NCBI GenBank assembly: GCA_951406725.2
Contig: OX597835.1
Coordinates: 15,004,001-15,068,000, forward strand
Reading direction: 5' to 3'
DNA from: Octopus vulgaris
Lineage: Eukaryota
Length of the DNA stretch: 64,000 nt
In this document: positions 11,521 through 25,220 of the stretch, piece after piece
Numbering within the stretch: the stretch's first letter is position 1
How the letters are laid out: every line of letters starts with the position of its first letter
Program-made: the position numbers and the translations under genes
The notes under the pieces: generated by a model
What the model saw: the letters and a program-made list of their open reading frames with translations, nothing else
The model's database searches: none
What the model was told of the DNA's origin: nothing

Positions 11521-12989
11521 AAGCTATTTTTTACTTCTTACATTATTAGCCTTTTATATTTTGCTTGAACAATAGATTTCGAAGCTCCATCGATCTGTCA
11601 AGACCTTTTTGCTCTTATCTTTAATATAAAATAGTTTGTTTTGTTTTTTGTTTTTTTTGTTTTTGTTTTGTTTTGATTTTGTTTTTTTAGTGGCGTTTAG
11701 TAATATCGTTTTATTGCAGACGGTAATCGCGGGAATTATGTTGTCTGTATCGCGTTCTTTATCACCGGATTTGAAGAATATGGCTGTTAATGTCGATTTA
11801 ATGTGTTTGTATGTAGGTGTGAGTGTGCGCGGGCGCGGGCGCGCGTATACCTGTATATGAGTTTTGTGTCTGTAGGTTCGTTGGAGTATGTCAATGCGTG
11901 TGCGCATGTCTGTGCCGTCTGAGTTATGTTTACAAGGTTCAAATGAGATATTTATCCAGCAGCAGTGTTTACCTGCCTGATTTCGTGTATTGCAGGAATA
12001 AATTAACTGAGTTCTTCGTTGCTGCAATAACGAAAGGAAAAGCGCAACGAAACAGACGTTAACGTCTCCTCATATTTTGTTATCTTCCTCATCTTGTTGA
12101 CAACTGGTGAAAACAAAACCGTATTTTAATTGTTCTTGTTTTGCCTTTCATTACTTCGGTATCCAAGGCAGGGAGCTGGCAGTATGGTTAACAACCTGGA
12201 TAAAACGCTTAGCGGCATTTCGTTCATCTTTACGTTCTGAGATCAAATTCTTCTTCTCCCGTGCCCCATCTTCTTCTCCCGTGTGATGTCCTTAGACATC
12301 GTCGACAACGACGAACTAATGTACCTTCTATTCATACCACCTTATACATACATTAGGAATCTTAATATCACATATAAACACACAGACAGACCAAACACTC
12401 ACCAACGTATACACACACAAAACATATGAAAATTCGTATATAGTCTGAATAAACCTTGTGGAAGTATTTACAATTTTCAAAGATGGCTGCCAGATGGCGG
12501 AAGGATTTCCAATTTTCATAAAACAATTGTACAACTCATACTTCCAAGCAAGCAATTATTCTCTGAACTTAGTCTCGTTTCATTTATTCAATTTAACCAA
12601 GGACATAAATGTTTTCTAATCTTCTAGTGCATGTCTTACAATCTCGTCTACTGATTCAAGTTAGAACTGCTGTACTGATTTTGCTTGTGGAGACAGAAAC
12701 ACATGCCTGCATATATTCTCTTGACTCTTCGAATTATCTCCCCTTCTTATTTGGCCTTGATCACAATCGCCTCAAGCAATCTTGCTTCTTTTTCTCTCTC
12801 TAACTTTTATCTTTTCCCGTTTTGGACATTAGACAGCAGCCATGCAGGAGCACCGCCTTGAAAAATGTCTTTCAAATCTTTGTATTTATTCTATCGGTCT
12901 CTTTTGCCAAGCTGCTCAGTTACGGGGCACGTAAAACAATCACTGTTTGTCAAGCCGTGGTGAACTCATACACAAACGCAAAGAGATTC

Positions 12990-13078
<89 letters not shown>

Positions 13079-13199
13079 AAGTAAAAAGTATATATATATA
13101 TAGTATATATATATATATATATATCAAAATAAAAACATGATGCCAAGGATTCAGCGGTACATATGTTTCGGGCCATATATATATATATATATATATATA

Positions 13200-13415
13200 T
13201 ACTCTTTTACTTGTTTCAGTCATTTGACTGTGGCAATGCTGGAGCACCGCCTTTAGTCGAGCAAATCGACCCCAGGACTTCTTTGTAAGCCTAGTACTTA
13301 TTCTATCGTTTTTTTACCGAACCGCTAAGTTTGCGAGGACGTAAACACACCAGCAACGGTTGTCAAGTGATGTTGGGAGGGACAAACACAGACACACCAA
13401 CATATACACACACAC
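13200..13415 (-). mobile_element. SINE-A 3' half (another degraded 3' half lies at about 12805-12980)
   Basis: actcttttacttgtttcagtcatttgactg...ggacaaacacagacac. Confidence 0.85.
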
Positions 13416-14402
13416 AGATATTTCCTGCTTGTATTTCTTCATTACGATTCGTTTTCATTAAAGTTAATTAGCAGTGATTTAATAAGATAGAATCGTAGCT
13501 AAATTCAATTCGTTAAAATTGATTTTAGTACAATATAATTTTTATAATTTCTATTCATAATTTGTCAATTTTAATTCGCTGAGAAGTGATTAGACAAAGA
13601 TATTGGTAATTGAATTCAGATGAAGAAATGGATATAATGCTAAAGAGTTAGGTAAATTCTTTGTGTTCCTATTTTTAGGGAAGGTAAGGTCAACAGGAGG
13701 TCGTGTGCTAATTCCAGACAAAGGAGTAAATAGCTCAAATAAGTGAGAAGGAAAGAAGGAATTATACGTGGGGGAAAGTCAGAGCTGGGAATATAAGCGA
13801 CTTCTAGAATCGTTTGCTTGAAAAAGAAACGAAAGAAAGAAAAGGAAAAAGAAAATTTTCAAAAGAAAGTGTCTTGTTTGTTTAAAAATACTGGATGTTA
13901 TGAAGAGTGAATGCGTACATCACGTTTGTGCGTCTGCTCGCGGAGAGGAGTGTGTCTGAGAGAGAATGAGAGAGAGAGAGAGAGAGAGGATTAAGGTGCA
14001 ATGAAATTCCCTCATCGTTTTACTAGCGGGTTAGGAATTATGTCTGCAAAGGAAGAATGAAAGTGATACATCAGATTCTGCGTAAATACCTCTAAGACAG
14101 TTCTATTTGTACAGCTGAAGCCGCCACCCTGGGTAAAGTCGACGCTGGTTTCAAAAGAGGAGAGGCAATAGCATCGATTTGTCTAACACTCGTTCTTCCG
14201 AAATCTGTGTATTCTGAGCTGTCTATTCTCATTTACAGCACTTCATTCAACTACCAAGATATGCCTGTCAGCAGTTAATAGCCGTTCTACAGGGATATGA
14301 TACGCTGCAGGGCATTCTCTAATATCAATATGATAGATATCGATTTCTCCTTTATTAACTCAAGTCCTTTAAGTGAAAGGAACGCTTTGAGCGAAACGAT
14401 TA

Positions 14403-14783
14403 TCAACCCTTTTGTTACCATATTTCGAATGAAATACACCGCCTTTAATTCCATTTAATTTTGAACATAAAGAATTTAGTAAAATAACTTCGTCATTATG
14501 AAGCCGATGTTTGAAAAGTAAATTAACATGCAATTTTTATAGAAGATTTTAATGTAGATCACCTTAACCCCTTTGTTACCAAATTTTGGTTGGGAGGCAC
14601 TGTCTTTGTTTCGATTTGATTTTGAAAATAAAGAATTTAGTAAAATAATTGTCATTATTAAGTTGATATTTGGAACATGACATGAAACTTTGATGTAAGG
14701 CTTTAATTATGATCGATTTGAAACTGAAAGTTTATATCACAGAACCAGGGGTGATCTCGGGTGATAAGTATCAAAAGACTTAA
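14403..14783. mobile_element. piggyBac-type MITE: a partial copy (14403-14563) followed by a complete degenerate copy (14564-14783)
   Basis: (T)TAA-CCC(T/C)TTTGTTACC starts at 14403 and 14564; shared internal ataaagaatttagtaaaataa; degenerate right end gtatcaaaagac-TTAA. Confidence 0.6.
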
Positions 14784-15725
14784 TATTTTAACTCAGCGGT
14801 ATACAAAGGCAATATTACCTCAGGATTATTTCAGTATCCTATTTTATACGAAAGTAAAATGGTTCCCATTTACAGCAACGGAAGAAATAAGAATGCATTA
14901 ATGCGTTAATTAAATCCCTTTCTGAAATGCTTCATAAAAATACTACAGCCGTCACTCGCAAGCGAGTAATAACTTCGTTAATATTCACCATGCTTTCGCT
15001 AATTATCTTAGGTGAATATACAGTTGCGACCAAAGATGCCGTCTTGGCTCCCAAAATGTTGACCAAATGAATGAACCAGGATGTGACAGCAGGAGAGAAA
15101 GGATGCACCAGCGACAGATTGAAGAGCTTCCCTCAAGGACACAACGTTTCGCTAGTCCAAAAATCGACCCCACGATCTTACGGTCTTGAAATTAACACTG
15201 TAACCATTAGGCTATATACATCACGCCACAAAAAGTCGCATATCGAGAGATGGCTGCAATCGAAATAGAAGCTAGATCGTCTACTCATATCGAAGGAAGT
15301 TGATCCCTATCCTACAATGTAGGATAGGGATCTGGTCAGGTTTGGGGAACTTCGCGGTTCGGCAAAATAGACCAATAGAATAAATACTAGGCTCACAAAG
15401 AATAAGTCCTGGGGTCGATTTCCTCGACTAAAGGCGGTGCTCCAGCCTGGCCACAGTCAAATGACTGAAACAAGTAAAAGAGTATATATGTAGGGTAGAA
15501 AATTTTAGAGAAATTTTCTACCAGTGGCTAGCATGCATAATCGAGTCAATAGACAACATATTTTCCAAAGTGTTGGTACATAAATTTTGTTTGCTGCCGA
15601 CTATAACTGCGCTTGTGCGATGGATTTGAAAATTTATAATGTATATAGATGGAACATGTGCGTTCCACAAACAGACATTAATTGTAGCGCCCGTGCTGAT
15701 GAGGACACGGATGCAAATCATTTTA

Positions 15726-15953
15726 ATTTGTTCATTGATGTTCGAAACCTAGGGACATCTAACTATTGAACTTTTTTTTTCATCTCCTTTGAAATTACTC
15801 TTATCTGTGGTTTGAGATTTGACTGCTCTTTTTAGCATTTATTTGTTCATTGATGTTCGAAACCTAGGGACATGTAACTATTGAACTTTTTTTTTCATCT
15901 CCTTTGAAATTACTCTTATCTGTGGTTTGAGATTTGACTGCTCTTTTTAGCAT
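15726..15953. repeat. Near-perfect tandem duplication, unit about 115 bp
   Basis: atttgttcattgatgttcgaaacctaggg...ctctttttagcat at 15726 and 15841. Confidence 0.95.
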
Positions 15954-16304
15954 GTAAGGTATCCTGTTAAGTTCACCCCTGTGTGTACAGAAATCTACAC
16001 TAATTTTACATATATACATATGTTATATAGTAATCGAGTGAAAACCTCATAGTTTTCGTTGAAATATTTATTCGTTAACGCATACTTCACTTGCCACTGA
16101 CTCACCGCCTTTTGTGGCAACGTCTGTCATTTGGAGCTGGTGGCTACTCACTCATACCTGTTTCATCCACTCGTCAAACACAACCACTCATTCACAATCT
16201 ATCTCCATGAGTCAAACTTGCGCTTTAGTCATTAACCCACTTATTTTCAAACTCACCTATTTCCTTACACTTCACTGGTTACAGCTTATTTCCTGTGACG
16301 TTAT

Positions 16305-16836
16305 TAATTCGGCCAGAGTTCGAATCCTACTGGAGTCCGTAAACGAAGTACCAGCTAAAAACATTGGAGTCGGAGTAATCGACTTAACCCCCTTCCCCGA
16401 AATTGATGGCCTTGTGCCAAAATTTGAAACCATTATTATTACTATTGAGCTGGCAGAAACGTTAGCACGCCGGGCGAAATGCTTAGCGGCATTTCGCCCG
16501 TCGCTACGTTCGGAGTTCTAATTCCGCCGAGGTCGACTTTGCCTTTCATCCTCCCGGGGTCGATTGAATAAGTACCAGTTACGCACTGGGGTCGATGTAA
16601 TCGACTTAATCCGTTTGTCTGTCCTTGTTTGTCCCCTCTGTGTTTAGCCCCTTGTGGGTAATAAAGAAATAGGTATTTAGCTCGTTGCTACGTTCTGAGT
16701 TCTAATTCCACCGAGGTCGACTTAGCCTTACATCCATTCGGGGTCGATAAAATAAGTACCAGCTACGCACTGGAGTCGACATAATCGACTAGTCCCCGCC
16801 CAACAAATTTCAGGCCTTGTGCCTATAATAGAAAGA

Positions 16837-16868
<32 letters not shown>

Positions 16869-17060
16869 GGCGGCGAGCTGACAGAACCGTTAGCACGCGG
16901 GGCAATTTGCTTAGCCGCATTTCGTCTGTCCTTACGTTCTGAGTTCAAATTTCGCCGTGGTCGAAAATATTAGGTAGCAGTGAAACACTGGAGTCGATGT
17001 AATCGTCTAGACCCTTCCCCCAAAATTTCAGGCCTTGTGCCTTTAGAAGAAAGGATTATT
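16305..17060 (+). mobile_element. Cluster of four SINE-B copies or fragments (best copies 16447-16672 and 16869-17060)
   Basis: Head gagctggcagaaacgttagc...gagttc(a/t)aattcc; central gcctttcatcc...ggggtcgat..aataagtaccag domain; two alternative tails. Confidence 0.9.
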
Positions 17061-17066
17061 ATTATA

Positions 17067-17102
<36 letters not shown>

Positions 17103-17337
17103 ATTATCATTATTATTATTATTAGAATGGCAGAGCCAGTGGCGGATTGGACTAATTAATTGCTTTTTACAGCTGAGTTCAAATCCTGCGCGAGTTATCT
17201 TTTTTTTTTTTCATATATATTGCCTAATTTGGTAAAATTAAGTACATAAGCCAAGTCAACAGCGTAGAAAGGTAGAGACGAACAATTCAATAGAATAAAA
17301 TTCAATATTTTATTACATCACTAAGCCTAAGGTCCTG

Positions 17338-17405
<68 letters not shown>

Positions 17406-17471
17406 AATCCATCTATCTATCTATCTATCAATCCATCTATCTATCTATCAATCCATCTATTTATCTATCAA

Positions 17472-17535
<64 letters not shown>

Positions 17536-18520
17536 GTAATATATACAACATTGTAGCTCTGCTCAGACTAGATCTAAACGCAGAGAAAAGAAAACTATCA
17601 TCTCTCTCAGCGTGAAATTTCACTGAGTCTATCACGGCTTTTATTGGTAACCACAGCAGCCTTAATTCTATGAGCTATCGAAGATGTAATTATTCCATCC
17701 CATTCACTTCGTTTTCCCGAATTAAATTAAGATTCATTCTAGTCAAAATCAAAAATTCCGAGGGCGTACTTCTCTGCTCGCTGTATGAAGGGGGTTAAAG
17801 GAAAAACTTTAGCCTAAACTTCACAGTTAAGCCGTTTCCACAAATGTCTGTCTCAGATAACGACTACCACGCCAATTGCCGTATTATCAATCGATTTTCT
17901 AAAGAATTCCCCGAATGAGCCAAAAGCTACCATATAACTATTGACAAAAAGAAAAACGAAATGGCCGACATCATTATCACGACGACTGATCACACATGTA
18001 TTTCCATATATAAGCGATCTGACAGGAAGGACTGCAGTAAATATAGAATACTAGAAATTATTTCAAACGGCAATTTTGAGTAGAATTTTTCCAAATTCTT
18101 TAAACTATTATTAGAAAACTAATAACTGTTTTGACAAGTGTCGGAGATGGGGAGAAATTCAACATATTTCATGCAGAAAGTTATCGAATTTATCACTAAA
18201 GACCATATGAAAACAATTGATAACACGAACTAGACAATAAACACGTATTTGTATAGAGAAGTTTTTCATCTAAACACCATGGTGATAGCTTCAATGCCCA
18301 CAGTAAAGGTTCTGCAGTAGCTACAGTGTACAGATGAACATTTATGTATCGTCATCACTTGTAAAACGAACACCGAATCATTTTTTTATTATTATTTTTT
18401 ATTTATGTCTTTTTGTCAGAAAACAATCTTTCCAGTAAGCTCAGTGATTTTAAACGCTGAAACATTTGTGATGCAGAATCCTTAAATTTTTCTTCAAAGA
18501 CATTGAATGAGAACTCAGTT

Positions 18521-18934
18521 ACTCTCTTTTACTCTTTTACTTGTTTCAGTCATTTGACTGCGGCCATGCTGGGGCACCGCCTTTTAATCGAGCAACTCGA
18601 CCCCGGGACTTATTCTTTTTTTGTAAGCCCAGTACTTATTCTATCGGTCGCTTTTGCCGAACCGCTAAGTGACGGGGGACATAAACACACCACCATCGGT
18701 TGTCAAGCAATGCTAGGGGGACAAACACAGACACACAAACACACACGCACACACATATATATATACATATATACGACGGGCTTCTTCCAGTTTCCGTCTA
18801 CCAAATCCACTCACAATGCCTTGGTCGGCCCGAGGCTATAGCAGAAGACACTTACCCAAGGTGCCACGCAGTGGGACTGAACCCGGAACCATGTGGTTCG
18901 TAAGCAAGCTACTTACCACACAGCCACTCCTGCG
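18521..18934 (-). mobile_element. SINE-A, full length
   Basis: Reverse complement of the family consensus. Confidence 0.93.
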
Positions 18935-19393
18935 TTATGGAAAGTTCATACTTCAATGTCATTTATAAAACGAGTACTGATGACATCTTTCTTTTAAAAG
19001 ACAAAAATTCAACCTTCGAATATGCACACTGACTTTCAGCGCTAAGACATTTTGAAGGACATTGAATAATTCCGTTGCACGAAATAAAAACGTTGAGCGA
19101 GAACCTCACTCAGCGAAAAACTGATGCTTCAACGATCCTATGTTGGGCATAAGTTTGCAAGTAATACCAACAAGGTGTGTACAGTAGAATGGAGGGGAAC
19201 GGAATATCAGGCAAAAAGGAGTACCTTATCAAGAATATTTTAAATCATGACAGTCTTCCGAAAAGAAGACTTTCTGGTATGATTGAACACGCGTAGGAAC
19301 GCACACTCGAAACGCTGAAACTCTCGCTGAAAGGCCTTAGCTAAATGGTACAAGGCTGATGCGTGGCCTTGTGGTTAACATGTTAGGTTCACG

Positions 19394-19419
<26 letters not shown>

Positions 19420-19433
<14 letters not shown>

Positions 19434-19485
19434 GATGTAGGTACGTACATATATGTTTGTATGTATGCATATATTTTATTTATTA

Positions 19486-19531
<46 letters not shown>

Positions 19532-19597
19532 TAATAAATAAAATATATGCATACATACAAACATATATGTACGAACCTACATCTACATGTATATATA
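19420..19597. repeat. 178-bp near-perfect palindrome centred on (TA)20
   Basis: 19428-19488 is the reverse complement of 19529-19589 with one mismatch; matching ORFs appear on both strands. Confidence 0.95.
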
Positions 19598-19624
19598 CAT
19601 GCATATATAAATATATATACGTGT

Positions 19625-19785
19625 GTACAGGACACCACAAATAGACGTAGAACTCAACGAGAAACGAAAACGTAAAAACAGCATGTAACGGACCATTTTT
19701 TTAACAACGAAAAAACAGAGTACAAGACAACTACACAAGGAAAAATCCCCTTCATCAGCTGTCCCTAGTTCAACTCCAGCGTATA
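19625..19785 (-). mobile_element. Probable PLE terminal fragment
   Basis: Minus strand reads ggacag-CTGATGA-agggg followed by a T-rich tract, next to TA microsatellite, like the other PLE-type ends here. Confidence 0.4.
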
Positions 19786-20049
19786 CACATACATCTCATT
19801 TAGGGAGTGGACTTATATGTGAGGCACTTTACCTTTCATGCTTGAATAGTACAGTAATCAGAAGGCTTTGTATGGTGTATTGTTCACGATTTGCGAGCGT
19901 GAAGCAGATCACATACAACTCTTGTATTCATTAAACTACTGTCGCAGAATTGAAAGCGTTTTTGTTGATTCTATCAACTAGTGAGGTGTGTGTGTGTGTG
20001 TGTGTGTGTACTCGGAGTCATAGTGAACTCGAATATAACGATATATATA

Positions 20050-20211
20050 GGCGCAGGAGTGGCTCTGTGGTAAGTAGCTTGCTAACCAACCACATGGTTC
20101 CGGGTTCAGTCCCACTGCGTGGCACCTTGAGCAAGTGTCTTCTTCTATAGCCTCGGGCCGCCCAATGCCTTGTGAGTGGATTTGGTAGACAGAAACTGAA
20201 AGAAGCCTGTC

Positions 20212-20262
<51 letters not shown>

Positions 20263-20480
20263 CGTGTGTGTGTTTGTGTCTCTGTGTTTGTACCCCTAGC
20301 ATTGCTTGACAACCGATGCTGGTGTGCTTACGTCCGCATCACTTAGCGGTTCGGCAAAAGAGACCGATAGAATAAGTACTGGGCTTACAAAGAATAAGTC
20401 CTGGGGTCGATTTGTTCGACTAAAGGCGGTGCTCCAGCATGGCCGCAGTCAAATGACTGAAACAAGTAAAAAAGAAAAAA
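20050..20480 (+). mobile_element. SINE-A, full length
   Basis: Matches the family consensus. Confidence 0.93.
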
Positions 20481-20886
20481 GAAGAATATAGAGAGAGAGA
20501 CAGATAAATAGATATTGTAAAGTATGTGTTGACTGTAACTTCAAATTACCCCTGAAAGTATTGAATCACCTTATCAGTAAATGTTTCGTTAGTTTTCATA
20601 AATTAGCTTCGAACATCAACTTAGCGCGCACAAACACGCACACATTTATTTATTTATTTACTTATACACACACGAACACAGACACACTGGAAGCGAACTC
20701 TTTTAAGAGAGGCCAACAGACATCTAAATTTAATCTTTTTGACAGATACAGCGATGGAATTTGTCCCAGTTTTACACTTGATAGTCGAACTTCAGCAAAT
20801 GGAAACCGTTCTCAATAACAGTCGTTTTCCCTCACTTGTTTCAAACTACGAAAACTATATGTATCAGAAGGTAATCTTTATCTAGT

Positions 20887-21262
20887 GGAGGCGCAATGGC
20901 CCAGTGGTTAGGGCAGCGGACTCGCGGTCGTAGGATCGCGGTTTCGATTCCCAGACCGGGCATTGTGAGTGTTTATTGAGTGAAAACACCTAAAAGCTCC
21001 ACGAGGCTCCGGCAGGGGATGGTGGTGATCCCTGCTGTACTCTTTCGCCACAACTTTCTCTCACTCTTACTTCCTGTTTCTGTTGTACCTGTATTTCAAA
21101 GGGCCGGCCTTGTCACTCTCTGTGTCACGCTGAATATCCCCGAGAACTACGTTAAGGGTACACGTGTCTGTGGAGTGCTCAGCCACGTTAATTTCACGAG
21201 CAGGCTGTTCCGTTGATTCGGATCAACCGGAACCCTCGTCGTCGTAACCGACGGAGTGCTTC
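20887..21262 (+). mobile_element. SINE-C reference copy (tRNA-Arg-like head; reminiscent of octopus OR SINEs)
   Basis: A-box tggcccagtgg (20897-20907), B-box gtttcgattcc (20941-20951); imperfect flanking repeat atctttatct/atcttcatct; five related copies in the window. Confidence 0.9.
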
Positions 21263-21587
21263 CAAAAAATAAGATCTTCATCTCCAACTTGACGTGGAGG
21301 TTGCGTTAGAACACAAAACACCGCGTGAAATACCTGTCATCTGTTCGGTATCGATAAGTACGAGTTAAACATGGAGGTCAATATATTAGACTGATCCCCG
21401 CCTCACCGAACATTTCAGGTCTTGTGCGATATATTTGAAAGGAGATATTTATAGCTTATCTCTTTCAAGATGCAAGATTTTCTCTTCTCTTGAAGTTTAT
21501 AGATTCGTATAAAATCAGAAATTTATACGGCACACATACACACACGCACGCATCACGTACGCACTGACGCATTTGTATGTATTTTTT

Positions 21588-21800
21588 CCTTTTACTTGTT
21601 TCAGTCATTTGACTGCGGCAATGCTGGAGCACCGCATTTGGACGAACAAATCGACCCCATGACTTATTCTTTTGTACGCCTAGCACTTATTCTATCGGTC
21701 GCTCTTGCCGATCAGTGAACTTACGAGGACGTAAACACACCAACATCGGTTGTCAAGCGACGGGGGAGACAGACAGACAGACACAAACATACATGTGTGT

Positions 21801-21874
<74 letters not shown>

Positions 21875-22062
21875 TACATACATACATACACACACACAAG
21901 ATGAGCTTCTTTCAGTTTCCGTCTACCAAATCCACTCACAAGGCTTTGGTCGGCCCGAGGCTATATAGTAGAAGATACTTGTCCAAGTGCCACGCAGTGG
22001 GACTAAACCCGGAACCATGTGGTTCGTAAGCAAGCTACTTACCACACAGCCACACCTGCGCC
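21588..22062 (-). mobile_element. SINE-A
   Basis: Reverse complement of the consensus with an expanded internal microsatellite. Confidence 0.9.
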
Positions 22063-22705
22063 TATGTATATATCAGTTTCCCAATACAACAACCCATAAT
22101 CCAAACAAGATGGCGATTCTCCAATTAAATGCATATCAAGTTTTTTTTGCAAAAGAGATATAAAGCAATTTGACTAAAGCTGATATTTGAGACAGTGTGT
22201 AAAATGTGTATAAAAAATATATACGCACGCACACACATACAGACAGACAGACACAGATTCATTGATTCACGCTTGCATAGCGAAACTCATAAGCAGGCGC
22301 TACAACAAATCTTCCATTCTATTAGTTATGAGATTTTCTCAGTCATGTGAATGCGTAGAAGCGCCATTTTTTTTTTTACTTCAGATTTGCAGAACCAAGA
22401 ACCAAGCAGAACCTACTACACAAAAAGGCTTTCTCTATCACTATATATATAAATCAAAATAAGCAACAAGAATGTCTTCGGTAATTTGGTACGATCGTTT
22501 CACGCTACATCATTTTATTAAACATTGTAAGTATTACAACAGTTTTAAAATGTTGAGCAATCATCAGCCATTTATAGAGGCTTATTTTGCTTATTTTGAT
22601 TATAACCAGCCCATGGATTTATATGGATAACACCCTTACAAAATCCTGGTGCATTTGACTTAAGTACCATATTCATTTGAATCTCTCTCTCTTTATATAT
22701 ATATA

Positions 22706-23045
22706 CTAGTAGTATCGCCCGGCGTTGCTCGGGTTTGTTTCGACTCTTTAGAATTGGAATTTTTGAAAAGTAAAAATTTTGCATTATGTAGCTTGTTATT
22801 CTCTTTAAGTGAACATTTTTCTTGTTGAAATACACCAAAAAATGGCGACACAGCAGTCAAAAAATCGTAATAAATAGGGATTTTCATAGAAAAAAAAAGC
22901 ACCTTTTTGATGTAAATAATTTTTGGTGTTAACATGGTCCGATTTGAAAGCAAACTTTCTTCTATCATACTCTCAATTTTGGTCAACTTGCGCCGCAGGG
23001 TCTCGGAGGCGATAGTGTTAGTTGAAGGCTACCAAACCTGCCAAA
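22706..23045 (-). mobile_element. Non-autonomous Helitron
   Basis: Minus-strand 3' end is hairpin cccgagcaacgccggg (22718-22733) plus 8 nt plus CTAG|T; same terminus as the element at 58293. Confidence 0.8.
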
Positions 23046-23062
23046 TATATATATATATATAA

Positions 23063-23420
23063 TTTTACTTGTTCCAGTCATTTGACTTCGGTCATGCTGG
23101 AGCACAGCCTTAAAGGGTTTTCTAGTCGAATAAATCGACCCCAAGACATTCTTTGTAAGCCTAATACATAGTCGATCGATCTCTTTTCCCGACCTGCTAA
23201 GTCACGGGGACATTAACACACCAACAGCGGTTGAGGAGGACAAACACAGACACACACACACATATGTTTATACACACACACACACACACAGATGATGGTC
23301 TTCTTTCAGAATAGTGTCAAATTGTTTTTACTATAACTGAACAGGAAAAACATATGCGAATGATCAAGTTACCATTAGAGGAACTGAACCCGAAATCACG
23401 CGGTTGCGAAGCGGCTTTCT
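23063..23420 (-). mobile_element. SINE-A, degraded
   Basis: ttttacttgttccagtcatttgac...gaactgaacccg. Confidence 0.7.
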
Positions 23421-23624
23421 TATCTAATTAGGCATGCCTAATGGTTTTTAATTACGTCTTAAACCTTTCTAAACATAGAACCAAATTAATTAATTTTAGT
23501 AAAAGCGATTTCATTGTTAGAAGTATTTTAGGTTAAGTACGAAACAAAAATAATTAACGAATCTTATATTGCAACCAAATATGGTTGTAGTTTATAGAAC
23601 AATAGCAAATGCAGGATTAAGCAA

Positions 23625-24415
23625 TGGTTTCTAACTCGGTCACAATACAAGTAAATTGTGGGTGGGCGTGGAGTAGGGCCGACTCTAGTACTTAACTCGT
23701 ACTTTGTAGCATTGATACCAAAAGGATGAAAGGGAAAGTTAACCTTGGTAGGACTTGAACTCGGAGTGTAAAGATCAGGAAGTAAAGTCGCTAATCATTT
23801 TGTCCAACTCTGTAACGATTCTGCCAAACTCCATCTAATTTAGGCGCAGGGGCCGCACATTTGAAAAGCCGGGTTTAGTCCATACCTATTTCTTTACTAC
23901 CCACAAGGGGCCAAACACAGAGAGGACAAACAAGGACAGACAAATGGATTAAGTCGATTATATCGACTCCAGTGCGTAACTGTACTTATTTAATCGACCC
24001 CGGATGACAGGCAAAGTCGACCTCGACGGAATTTGAACTCAGAACGTAACGGCAGAAGAAATACGGCTACGCATTTCGCCCGGCGTGTTATCGTTTCTGC
24101 CAGCTAGCCGCCTTAAGTTTAGTCCATACAATCGGTTCAGTACTTGATTAGTCTTTATTTTATGGACTCCGAACGGATGACAGGCGAGTTGGATCCGGTG
24201 GTATTTGAATTAAGAACGCAAAGACCTGGAAATAAATACCGCATTCTTCTTCGACAGACAAAAGATTCTGTTAGTTCACACCTTGAATAATGGTTTCAAA
24301 TTTTTTGCATAATGCCAGTAAAGAGGAAGGAGTAAGCCAATATCATCTATCGCCAGTACCCAACTGGTACTTTATTTTATCGACCCTGAAAGGATGAAAG
24401 GCAAAGTCGACAACG
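23625..24415 (-). mobile_element. Cluster of SINE-B copies (young copy at 23887-24113)
   Basis: ctatttctttactacccacaagggg...gccagctagccgcc, plus older flanking copies. Confidence 0.85.
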
Positions 24416-24519
24416 GGATTTCACGTAATACACACAAAAAATATAAAAAGAATAAAATAAGTCTCCATCCGTAAATGAAAACACTTATGTACATTTTCAC
24501 TGTAACGGTTGGTTCCATT

Positions 24520-25220
24520 CAGACCACGAAGAAATTAGCCGGAACATTGATAAGATCTCAGAAGCGGAGGATAGATTTGACTCAGTAAAGACTTGTTACA
24601 CAAATACTGTGGATGCCAATGGAATATTATATATGAGTGTCTTTCACATAAAATGAAGAACAATGTTGGCATTTTTTGGACTTGTGACCGCCACGTCACG
24701 TTGTACTACAAAGGTTATGACCCTGTAATCCAAGAAGAATCGTCAACTACAAAATATCTGACGAACAAATGAGATTTTGGAACCGTTAATAGCTAAGATA
24801 TGTCTCGTAATATCAATTGTTGCATTTCTTAAGACGACATTAAATAAATAATCAACAGCTGCCACAGAATGTCATGGTATTATTTTCTCATGTAGTATGA
24901 TGTTGTTGAAACAATATACAACGCCATCTTGTAGGAGGACTTTCCTGGCTAGTAACCAACATACATTATGTCGAGTACATACCTAAATCTGAGTACATAG
25001 CGAATACTGATGGCATATCACCTATCGAAACATTCGCCAAATGCAAATTTAACAAGTTGAAGTTATGTACTGTGGTGGCAGCAGCCCAGAAAATATGGAC
25101 GTCTTTCAAAATCACCGCGCAAGAGATAGCATTCGAGTAAAACTGCTTCAAAAAGGGAAAAAATTGTTCATTTATATCTGTAATTATTGCCGTATGTATT
25201 TATGTTTCTAAGTACCATAT
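24520..25220 (+). pseudogene. Possible highly decayed piggyBac-type transposase C-terminus
   Basis: Ends in YICNYCRMYLCF (about 25173-25208), resembling the piggyBac cysteine-rich domain; no intact frame. Confidence 0.3.
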
